NCBI GenBank assembly: GCA_973895155.1
Contig: OZ316891.1
Location: 7,929,808-7,993,807 of the forward strand
Source: Marsupella aquatica
Lineage: Eukaryota > Plantae > Marchantiophyta
Reading direction: 5' to 3'
DNA length: 64,000 bases
The notes beneath the pieces were generated by a model. It had not been told where the DNA came from and did no database searches. It worked only from the letters and a program-made list of their open reading frames with translations. Each line of letters starts with the position of its first letter. Positions within the stretch are counted from its first letter, which is position 1. This document shows, piece after piece, positions 1-9,434 of the stretch. A program made the translations under genes and the position numbers.

Positions 1-1510
1 AGTCAACACAGCACCCAGATAGAGACTCACGGGAAACAACTTAATGCTCAACTTCCAAATATCACAATGTAGCTCCTCAAGCCAGTGGAAAACGTACTGA
101 ATGAAAACATGGGACTGGCCATCTAGCCAATTTAATGATGCCGACAAGTACATACTTCTCGTAGCTCGGGGCACGACAGTCCAGAGCATTGGAAGCCTAG
201 CTAGCGGAGGAGCTTTTCGTATTCCAGGATCTCAGCGTGATGGTGTTTGGAAGTCCACTACTTGGAGGGGTACGTTCCTGTGCCCTCGCCTATGCCTAGC
301 TGGTCTGATGTAGCTCGTGATCTGTGTCAGTGAGCAATTTGAGTGGTCATCGTTGCTGTAAATTGAGATTAACTATTGACATTTTATCACATTTTGCGCA
401 GGCACACCTACGGTGATCCCACCCTTGGGACCTCACATTTCCTGCTGCTGCAGCTGCTGGCGTGGGTCATCATCATGAGCATCATCTTCTCTCATCGAAT
501 CTTGCTGCATAATCAGGGTGTCCGTCAAATTTAAGCTGCAGAACTTGACACCGTGTGGTAGAACCACCGACGGTGATATGTCCATGTGCGGCAGAACATT
601 CCCACTTTGTTGATAATCTTGGACCAGAAGTTTTTCCCGTTTTGTATTCCGACTATTGGTCATGTACCGGTCATCTTAGAGGTTGTGGCCTCTGATTTTC
701 CTTCGGCTGGATGAGCTTGCAAGTTTTGCCATTGATTATTGTGACTCAATCTGCGTGCTTCTCCCTCTTGAAATTTGTGCAGAGTCTTTAGCCAATTGCC
801 CAGTCTTTAGGAAGGCGATCTGTCCGGCGGAGGTTTGATACAAGTTTCAGAAGGCTTCAGAAATATCTTCCAATATATCAACGACAGGGCCTTGCACTTG
901 GACAGCTCCTCAAAGCTGTTTTCGATTCAGAACGATCAGGTGAAGGGCGCCCACTGATCAGGTGAAGCAATGGACGGACCACTTGGCAGTGAAGTGGACG
1001 GTTCAATGGCAGGGTCAGTGGGTGTGACAGGATGATCTGTCTTCTCTTCTGATCGACTGCTATCTGTCGTTAGAGTTTCTTCGGTTACTTATTTCTCATG
1101 TAAAATGCCGCGGGTGATTGTCTGCACTCCTCGTGTCATTTCTTAAGAGTTTCCGGTTTTATTTTACTCATGTAAACTGCCACGGGTGTAAGTCGTTGAA
1201 CTCACCACGTGTCTGTGTTTTAAGAGTTCTCTGTTTTCCGTTGTAAGGAGTTCACGTTCAATTCTCTGTATTTGAATTGTCTCGTTTATCCGCGGGGATG
1301 TGAGGTATTAAGGTTCATCTCTCCCTCCCTCTGCGGTATTGATCTGAGTTCATTTCTTAAGCTTTCTGTTCGATTCTCTTCACGGAGAATACGGGGAAAA
1401 TAAAGAGGACAATCTGTACAGCATCTATTCTCGATGTGTAGTCTCAGTCAATTGATGTGTGTAAAATTATTATGTTCCCTCTATTGAGAACGATCACAGT
1501 GGGTGATGAA

Positions 1511-2662
1511 ATGGCTGGGCCATCTGGCGTTGAGGTGGAGGACGACCGGTTGACCGGTTTGGTTAATGCCACCGAAGAGCTGGAATCTGAGCTGGGCGAC
1601 CCTGAGGCGATCCTGAGGCAACTGAAGCGGTTATCACTGGATGACATTAGGAGACTCACCCGCATGAAGGTTCCTAGAGCCAACGGGGGAAAACTGACAG
1701 TTCTTGGGCACCTTTGTGTCAAGAAAACTTGCTCTTACTCCTTTGATCTGTTGCATCTTCTGTTTAAAGAAGAAAATGTTCATATTTTTGAGGAGTTTGA
1801 TGGTCACAGGATTCCTCTACTCCATCTAGCTGCTTACTGTGGCAACCATGAAGCTGTGATCCTTATCTGCATGCGTTTGCGGCGTGTTGAGTTTGATACG
1901 GCTGTGCACATGGCTGTACACATGGCTGTGAAAGGCCGAGAACGCCAAGTATGTGCGGCATTATATCGTGGTGCGATAATGAGCAGAAGCGATAAAATGA
2001 GCGTACTCACTTCGTTAAAAGATTCTGTGAATGGGAAGGATGTCTTAAGGATGACTCCTTTGCATTATGCTGCATGGGAGTGCAACCAGGATGTGACAGA
2101 GTACTTGATCAAGTCTTTTGATAAGATCAATGTGAATGCTACTGAACAAAACGGTCTCACTGCATTGCACCTGGCATCGTTGAACAATAGCATTGGAGTT
2201 TTAGGTGTGCTTCTTAAACACAAAGAAGTTAATGTGAATATTCCGGATAACAATGGTTTCACTGCATTGCATGTGGCATCTTGGAACAATCACTTTGAAT
2301 GTGTACACATGCTTCTCCGCGACCCCCGTACCAACAGGAATACTACTAATGAGCATGGTCTCACTGCATCTTACCTGGCATCTAGGAATCACATCGAAGC
2401 CATGTACAGGTTTCTTCGCCAGGATCTCTTGAAAGCGATGCACAGGTTTTCTGGCCAGGATGTCGAGCTGAATGAGGCTACTGACGAGGATAGTTTCATT
2501 GTGGACATCTCATTGTGGAAACAGCAGAAACGAATTATAGAGGAAATGCTTGACGTTGGCTCCCAGGATGCAGATGTTCCGTTGCCACAGAAATCGCGAC
2601 AAATGTCCGAGCGTGCTTATATACCTCCTGGGGAATATATGAGGGAAACACTGCGGTCTTAA
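1511..2662 (+). CDS. Ankyrin-repeat protein, module 1 of the ANK-PGG locus (probably the frameshifted 5' part of one gene)
   Basis: ORF 1457..2662 has canonical ANK repeats (IPLLHLAAYCGN, MTPLHYAAWECN, GLTALHLASLNN, GFTALHVASWNN). The likely ATG is 1511, just after a possible acceptor CACAG at 1499; an in-frame ATG also lies at 1472. It is homologous to modules 2 and 3 downstream. Confidence 0.8.
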   Translation: MAGPSGVEVEDDRLTGLVNATEELESELGDPEAILRQLKRLSLDDIRRLTRMKVPRANGGKLTVLGHLCVKKTCSYSFDLLHLLFKEENVHIFEEFDGHRIPLLHLAAYCGNHEAVILICMRLRRVEFDTAVHMAVHMAVKGRERQVCAALYRGAIMSRSDKMSVLTSLKDSVNGKDVLRMTPLHYAAWECNQDVTEYLIKSFDKINVNATEQNGLTALHLASLNNSIGVLGVLLKHKEVNVNIPDNNGFTALHVASWNNHFECVHMLLRDPRTNRNTTNEHGLTASYLASRNHIEAMYRFLRQDLLKAMHRFSGQDVELNEATDEDSFIVDISLWKQQKRIIEEMLDVGSQDADVPLPQKSRQMSERAYIPPGEYMRETLRS

Positions 2663-2675
2663 TTATTTTGAAAAC

Positions 2676-5600
2676 TTGGAATTTCACCTAAGTCAGTTTT
2701 CCCCTGGCCGAAAAAGGTGGTTGGAAATGAAAAACAACTTGCAACGGCGAGCGGAGACGAATGAATTTCCCACCCCTGACCCTCCCAGTGCCCCCGGAAG
2801 AGAGGTGGTTCTCCCGGTGGTTCTAGATGATTTGCGGGATGAACAGCTATTGGCCGTTTTGGTGGCAGAGATTATCTGTGCCCCAGATGATGCTCCGCAA
2901 ATAGACCAGCAGGTGCAAATTGCCGATCGACTGAACTGGTTTTCGGAGAACAACTGGTTATCGGATCAGAACATTATGAGGCTTAGCCGCGTGAGGGTTC
3001 GTGATAACGTCGGTGGGGGAATGCTTTCACTTCTTGGGCACCTCTGTGTGGGTAAATATGACCCCACAGTATTGTTCGGATTTCTGCTGAGAGAAGCTAA
3101 TGTGAACAGTTTGGAGGAATTCGATAATCACAGAATTCCTCTACTTCTTCTAGCTGTTTACTGTGGCAACGATGCAGCCGTGAAGGTTCTTTGCAACTTT
3201 AAGGGCATAAACCTTTCTGCCAAAAGTAGTTCCAACCTGAACGTTTTGCACATGGCTGTGAAAAGACTTCTTCTAGCTGTTTACTGTGGCAACGATGCAG
3301 CCGTGAAGGTTCTTTGCAACTTTAAAGGCATAAACCTTTCTGCCAAAAGTAGTTCCAACCTGAACGTTTTGATGGCTGTGAAAAACGGATCCTCAGAACT
3401 ACTTGGCGAAATTCTAGGCGTCTGTGCTTCCAGGTTATCGCGTGACATGGTGAGTGACTTGGTGAATGGGCAGGATGACTTGGGGATGACTCCTTTGCAT
3501 TATGCTGCATGGGACGGCAACTTGTCCTTGATAGATAGTCTAATTTGCATGGACATGACCAACGTGAATGCTATTGAGTGTAACGGTCTCACTCCATTGC
3601 ACCTGGCATCGTGGAATGATGAATATTCTATTGTCCGTAATCTTTGTTTACATCCAGCTATCGACGTGAATATTGCTGATAAGAATGGTTTCACTGCATT
3701 GCACTTGGTATCATGGAATTGCTTAGGCTTTGAACACCTTTTTCTTAACGAGAATGTCAACGAGAGTTTCGTCCATGTGAGTGCGACTCAGGAGAATCGT
3801 TTCACTGCATCATACTTGGTATCTAGGAATCACATTGAAGTTATACGCAGGCTTCTTCACCACCCGGATGTCAGTTACTTGAATGACACTACCAAGCGTA
3901 GTTCCGTTGCATTGTACCTGTCAAGGTGGAAACGGCACAAAAGTTGGATACCGCGCTCGCTTTCATTGTGGGCAGAGACGCAAGCAGATCGTACTGGGTC
4001 CAAGCATAGTGATGTCACTTTAAGGCAGACGTTAGTGGGTGCTTATGCAACTTTGGGAGAATCATCAAGGAAATCTTTGGAGGAAAAGTTTGAAAGAATG
4101 GAATCTCACCTATTTCAGTTTTGCTCTGCTAGAGAAAATACGGTAAGCAGAATGAAATCAAAGCGTATGTGGGAGTTTGAAGAATTCGGTGAAATGGAAA
4201 TGGACTGGTCAAAGGGCCCAGCCGAAACATTGGTGGCGCGAGGTAATTTGGCCGATGACCCGCTGTTAATGGAGTTGATGGAAGCCATCATACCATTGAA
4301 CGGGCCAGGTGATGAGTCAGTGATCAAACGACTGGTGTGGTTATCAGAGAACAACTGGGTATCAAAGAACGATATTATGAGACTCAGCCGCATAAGGGTT
4401 CCTGGTGTGAACGGGGAAAGGCTTTCAGTTCTTGGTCACCTATCTGTGAAAGAACCTTTCTCCAATTTCTCCAAACTAGTGTTGATATTTCTACTGAGAA
4501 CAGTTCACAACACTTTCGAGGAATTCGAAGGTCACAAAATTCCTCTACTTCATCTAGCTGTTTACTGTCGCAACTATGCAGCCGTGGATTTTCTTACTAC
4601 CGATACGAGCATAAATCTTTTGGCCAGGAGTAGTTCTAACCTGAACGCTTTGCACGTGGCTGTGAAAAGCCGAGACACAAAGCTAGCTCGCAGCATATAC
4701 GATGCTCTGCTCCGGGCTATGGAAAGCGACGCTCGGCTCGTGGTTTTGAAAAGATCCCTACGTTCCGTGAGTGAAGAAAGTGTCTCGGATTCCGTGAGCG
4801 AGTCCATGATAATTAGTGACTTGGTGAATGGACACGATGACTTCGGGATGACTCCGTTGCACTATGCTGTATGGGAGGGTGACGAGGAAATGACAGATCT
4901 TTTACTCCACATGAAGAAGATCAAAGTGAATTCAGTTGACAACGATGGTCTCACACCGTTGCATCTGGCATCGTGGAACAACCAACGTGTAGTTTTAGAG
5001 AAACTGCTTCTTTCCCCGGATATTGATATCTCGTTGCAATCACTGGAAAAGATGTCCAAAGCATTCGATTGGCAGTCGGACCGGGACTGTTTGCACGAGA
5101 ATACATTCAAAAATATAGAGTCTCACCTTTCGCAGTTCGTTGCTGATCCAACAAAATTGGGAGAAATTAATTCCAGGGCGATCATGCCTGACGAGTTGCA
5201 GGAATATGATAGGGCTGAGAGAAGAGCTTCGGAGCGAGAGCGCCGGAGGGGAGATGAAAATCGAAGGAAAGTAGCCAAACATTTATGGCTTTCGAGCTAT
5301 GATCATCTCAGCAATGGCAAAATGACGGCTCTACATTGTGCAGCATGGCTGGGCCATTCAAGCATTGTTGTAGAGATAATGGAAATTACCTCCAAGGTAC
5401 GACGTCGACGCAGGACAATGTCAAACTTGGTAGATAAGCATGGTTTCAGTGCCCTGCACCATGCAGTCATGCGAGGAGACGCTGGCATGCTCGATGAACT
5501 TCTGAGCTATGTGAACGTAGTCAAAGGTAATATTCGAGCTCAGCAGTCGCTCGATGCCCTAACTCCTCTCAACATGGCTTACCGCTTAGTGGAGCATTTT

Positions 5601-6302
5601 GAGAGGCTGGACAAAAAAGAAACTTTGGAGGAATACAAACTCAGAGTCGAAACTGTGGAGGAATACAAAGTCATAGTTGGTTTGCTTGAAGAATATTCAG
5701 ATGTCAAAGCTTACATAGAAACTCTCTACAAAGAGAGACAACTGTTTATCGATGCTGCCAATGCCATCTTAGTAGGAGCAGCGTTGATTGCAAGTATCTC
5801 GTTCGCAGGTTGGTTACAACCTCCCTTGGGTTATCAGCAATACTATGAGTCAAGATATCTTCTCACAGGATCAGCACCACCGGACACATACGCGTCCTTT
5901 CCCTCAGTGAAACAACATGTTAGTGTCACCATGTTTTGGGTATTCAACAGCCTATCCTTCTTTTTTGCTGTAGGGACAGTGGTGACTGGAGCTTGTGTTG
6001 TTCTGCCCATGCGTGAAAAGGCAGACTTAGAGGAACATGTGGAACGCATGCGCAGGTTGCACATTTGGACCACACTATTTCTTTGCTTGTCTGTGGTGTT
6101 TGTACTAGGGGCCTTTATTGCAGCCGGGTTTGCATCTCTTCCGACTGAGCTGGAGTACCAATGGGTCATGATTTCGACTACCGGGGTGGGGGGATCTGTA
6201 ACCATATGTGCTTTGTTCTACTATTTGTGTCGAGTGGTCATACTCATCAAATGGATATGGAGGCGTAACACTTCCAAAGGATCCGCCAAGGACGAACACT
6301 AG
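2676..6302 (+). CDS. Ankyrin-repeat protein with C-terminal PGG-type transmembrane domain (ACD6/ITN1-like), modules 2+3
   Basis: 1208-codon ORF with many ANK repeats. The C-terminus AANAILVGAALIASISFAGWLQPPLG...FWVFNSLSFFFAVG...SVVFVLGAFIAAG is the typical PGG domain with about 4 hydrophobic helices. The ORF-finder start is TTG, not a real ATG. Confidence 0.9.
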   Translation: MEFHLSQFSPGRKRWLEMKNNLQRRAETNEFPTPDPPSAPGREVVLPVVLDDLRDEQLLAVLVAEIICAPDDAPQIDQQVQIADRLNWFSENNWLSDQNIMRLSRVRVRDNVGGGMLSLLGHLCVGKYDPTVLFGFLLREANVNSLEEFDNHRIPLLLLAVYCGNDAAVKVLCNFKGINLSAKSSSNLNVLHMAVKRLLLAVYCGNDAAVKVLCNFKGINLSAKSSSNLNVLMAVKNGSSELLGEILGVCASRLSRDMVSDLVNGQDDLGMTPLHYAAWDGNLSLIDSLICMDMTNVNAIECNGLTPLHLASWNDEYSIVRNLCLHPAIDVNIADKNGFTALHLVSWNCLGFEHLFLNENVNESFVHVSATQENRFTASYLVSRNHIEVIRRLLHHPDVSYLNDTTKRSSVALYLSRWKRHKSWIPRSLSLWAETQADRTGSKHSDVTLRQTLVGAYATLGESSRKSLEEKFERMESHLFQFCSARENTVSRMKSKRMWEFEEFGEMEMDWSKGPAETLVARGNLADDPLLMELMEAIIPLNGPGDESVIKRLVWLSENNWVSKNDIMRLSRIRVPGVNGERLSVLGHLSVKEPFSNFSKLVLIFLLRTVHNTFEEFEGHKIPLLHLAVYCRNYAAVDFLTTDTSINLLARSSSNLNALHVAVKSRDTKLARSIYDALLRAMESDARLVVLKRSLRSVSEESVSDSVSESMIISDLVNGHDDFGMTPLHYAVWEGDEEMTDLLLHMKKIKVNSVDNDGLTPLHLASWNNQRVVLEKLLLSPDIDISLQSLEKMSKAFDWQSDRDCLHENTFKNIESHLSQFVADPTKLGEINSRAIMPDELQEYDRAERRASERERRRGDENRRKVAKHLWLSSYDHLSNGKMTALHCAAWLGHSSIVVEIMEITSKVRRRRRTMSNLVDKHGFSALHHAVMRGDAGMLDELLSYVNVVKGNIRAQQSLDALTPLNMAYRLVEHFERLDKKETLEEYKLRVETVEEYKVIVGLLEEYSDVKAYIETLYKERQLFIDAANAILVGAALIASISFAGWLQPPLGYQQYYESRYLLTGSAPPDTYASFPSVKQHVSVTMFWVFNSLSFFFAVGTVVTGACVVLPMREKADLEEHVERMRRLHIWTTLFLCLSVVFVLGAFIAAGFASLPTELEYQWVMISTTGVGGSVTICALFYYLCRVVILIKWIWRRNTSKGSAKDEH
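3143..3385 (+). repeat. 123-bp in-frame tandem duplication of one ankyrin unit
   Basis: ACTTCTTCTAGCTGTTTACTGTGGCAACGATGCAGCC... starts at 3143 and again at 3266. The copies are nearly identical; copy 2 lacks one His codon (LNVLHMAVK vs LNVLMAVK). Confidence 0.95.
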
Positions 6303-7815
6303 ATCAGTTTTTCGTATCTCTTTCTGTAAAACTATTTTCTGAAGCAAAATCTCATGATTTCGCCCTTGGGAGTCCTCTTGGGACTTTAGAAGAGACTGTA
6401 CTTCTAGTGTTCCCTTGTACAAACTTGCGATTGCCTAGGCCAGAGGCATGGGTAGAGGTTGCTGTAAGTTCAACAGTCTCATGGGTCTTGGTGTGATTCT
6501 TATTCTCAATCAGTCACTTCGATCAAGCTCACGACTGCCACGAATATTAATATGTTGTGGCATTACTCGTGAATCTGGGCACTACACTAGAGGACATTAA
6601 GCTTTCTTTAGTTTGGTGGTGGGTTGCTAATTATTCTGTCTTTGATTAGTTGTACGAGCTGAAAACTCAAGGTTCCTAATTTTATTAAGTGTAAATCGAA
6701 CGTTCTCTAGTTTTTTCCAAAGGGATTTTCTGGTCGATCTCGTGACGAGCGTACCATGACAGTACTCAAATCTACATGTAGTTTTCATGTCAAATGTTGA
6801 AATCGATTTAGGAGTTGTCCGGACCTCCTTTATTTACATGAGATGTACACTTTTTGTACTTAAGCCGCTGTTGGGCCTTTCCTTTGTTTTGCTTTGGAAA
6901 ATGGACGCGGCGATAGTGAGCGGATCCCAACGACTTTACTAGAGAATCAGTACTCTTGCAATGACAAGCCTAATCGAGATCGTCGACCATGAATCACTCT
7001 GTCATTTTTGCAGACACCACAATCTTGTGTTAGTTTCGAAGAGCTCAAGAAGATTAGTTGCAGTATCGTCGATGCCCGTTTTTTCTTGAACGCTGATGAG
7101 AGACGTAAGGGCGCTAGGTTAGACAAACGGACATCATTGACTAACTTTGTAGACAGCTATAACATTCTGTAGATTCCTAGAAGATTTGTTATCAGTGGTA
7201 CTGACATTTTTCTTTTGCATTGAGTTCAATTCTGTGAGCTTCACGCCTACTACAGTAGCGTGTGATCGAGTTGAACATATTCCAATCTATCGGATATATA
7301 TGGTAAGGGAGAGTAATCAGAATCTTCTTGTCTTGAATGGACGAGCCACTATATTTATTTCTTACTAAGGCCTTGAACTTTAGTAATCTTCAACACGGAC
7401 GTAATGATTAAGTATTCTTCGGCCGGTTCCATAAGTTTTGTAACCTGATGATTTCGAGCCATAGGTGACATTTGTATCTGGACTTTGGAAAGCTGTGTAT
7501 GATTCTGTCAGAAGATGTTTGTGGGTCTACCTAATTCTGGCTTGATGAAAATTCCTTCTATTGCACTACATTTTGAGCCACTTTATAGATAAAAGAAAAA
7601 TTCAGACAAGATTGATCAGTACCACACTTCCCTCTGCATCTAACTATTTAGAGCACGCATGCGTCCTACTTGTGCTTTTGCGATGAGACATTTGTCTTCT
7701 AGGGACAATGTTGTTTTCCAGCTAGCCTTCCTCGAATAAAGGTGATTGAACATCTTTATGAAACGGTACGAATGCATGGGTTGAATGGTTTTTCATGACG
7801 TTATTATGACTTTTA

Positions 7816-9434
7816 CTAGCCCAATGCCCGTGCGTTGCACGAAAGATGTCGCGGTGATAAAAGATCTCGAGGAGAGAAAAAGATACCGAAGTGATAAAAG
7901 ATGTCGAGGAGAGAAAAGATGTTGAGGTGAGCAAAAGATGTCGAGGTGATAGAAGATGTCGAGGAGAGAAAATATGTCAAGGTGATAAAAGATGTCAAGG
8001 AGAGAAAAGATGTCGAGGTGAGGAAAAGATTTGAGGTGATAAAAGAAGTCGAGGAGAGAAAAAGATGTCAAAGAAAAAAAAGATGTCCAAGTGAAAAACA
8101 TATGTTCAGGAGAGAAAAGATGTTGAGGAGAGAAATAGATGGTGAGATGAAAAAAAAATTGAGGGGAGAAAATATGTCTAGGTGAACAAAAGATGTTGAG
8201 GAGAAAAAAGTGTGCAAAGGAGAGAAAAAGATTTTGAGCAGAAAAAACTGTAAAGTAAAGCAACAGATTTTGAGGTGAGAAAATAAACTTGACACTTTTT
8301 CCACCCTTACTTGCGACCGGAAGGGCAAGATGAAGCCTCTCCCTCCCTCTTTTCCCATCCATGTGCCCCCCTTTCTCCTTGCCTCTCCCCCTCTTTGTTT
8401 TGCTTCCAAGGTTTTCTTTGGGACGATAAAAGTCAAATTTTGTAAGACAATTGCAGTGAAAAACCATAGTAATATTGTCATAGTTTATGGGTGTGAAAGT
8501 CTCATTATTTTGGCAGAATATATATACAAATAGCCCAGAAGATGTTGAGGTGAGAAAAAGACATTGAGGTGAGGAAAAGATATCGAGGAGATAAAAAGAT
8601 GTTGAGATGAGAAAATGATGTTGAGGTGAGAAAAAGATGTCGAGGAGAGAAAAAGATGTTTAGGTGAGAAAAACATTAATGAGAGAAAAAATGTCAAGGT
8701 GAGAAAATGATATTAAGGTGAGGAAATCATGTCCATGAGAGAAAAAATGTGAAAATGAGAATATGATGCTGAGGTGAGGAAAAGATGTCAAAGAGAAAAT
8801 ATGTCAAGAAGAAATATATCAAGGTGAGAAAAGGATGTTGAGATGATAAAAGATGTTGAGGAGAGAAAAGGTGTAAAGGAGAGGAAAGATATTGAGGTGA
8901 AAAAAAGATGTCAATGTGAGATTGAAAAGAACATTGAGGTGAGGTAAATATGTCAAGGAGGGAAAACATGTCAATATGATAAAAAGTCGTTGAGGAGATA
9001 AAAAGATGTCAAGATGAGAAAAAATATGTCAAGGCAAGAAAATTTGTCAAGTCGAGGCAAAGATATTGAGGCAAAGTATGTCCCAAGGTGCTATTGTGAA
9101 AGCAATGTTGTGGAGAGGGTGAGAGCATGGGAGGGAACGCAAGACGGGGCGACGGCTAGGGTGTTACGGGGTCAAGTGTGGTTGCCCTCAGCTATATGGA
9201 GGGAGAGAAATTCATGTTTTTTCCTTTTTTTTCTTCAATCTCCTCTTCCGTGCCCTTCCATTCTCTCCTTTCAGTCTCCCATCCTGGCTCTTTGGCAGCC
9301 TCCCTCCCCCTTTCCAACATGATTAAGAAAGAGAAGAAGAAACAACATGGAGCAAAAGATAAATGATCTTTCAGAAAAATGAAAATGAAAAAGATGAGCA
9401 CAAAAAGGCGGGACTGTATATTATAGTGAGTAGA
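7816..9434 (-). mobile_element. Non-autonomous Helitron
   Basis: The minus-strand 3' end reads CGTGCAACGCACGGGCATTGGGCTAG|T (hairpin 7829-7841, CTAG 7816-7819), the classic plant Helitron terminus. The candidate 5' end A|TCTACTCACTATAATATAC is at 9434. The insertion lies between A and T with no TSD. No Rep/Hel ORF. Confidence 0.8.
7842..9070. repeat. Degenerate 18-19-bp minisatellite (AAAAGATGTCGAGGAGAG / AAAAGATGTTGAGGTGAG) inside the Helitron
   Basis: Dozens of AAAAGATGT(C/T)(G/A)AGG(A/T)GA units in two blocks (~7842-8290, ~8535-9070) separated by a non-repeat spacer. Confidence 0.95.

Noticed and set aside
433-663. Gln-rich 76-aa minus-strand ORF as a gene
   Set aside because: No recognisable domain, and the adjacent exon-like segment (155-320) has stops in all three frames. 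It cannot be supported from this window.
7722-9401. Multiple ORFs (up to 224 aa) with HLDIFSLLDIF repeats
   Set aside because: They are translation artefacts of the minisatellite inside the Helitron.
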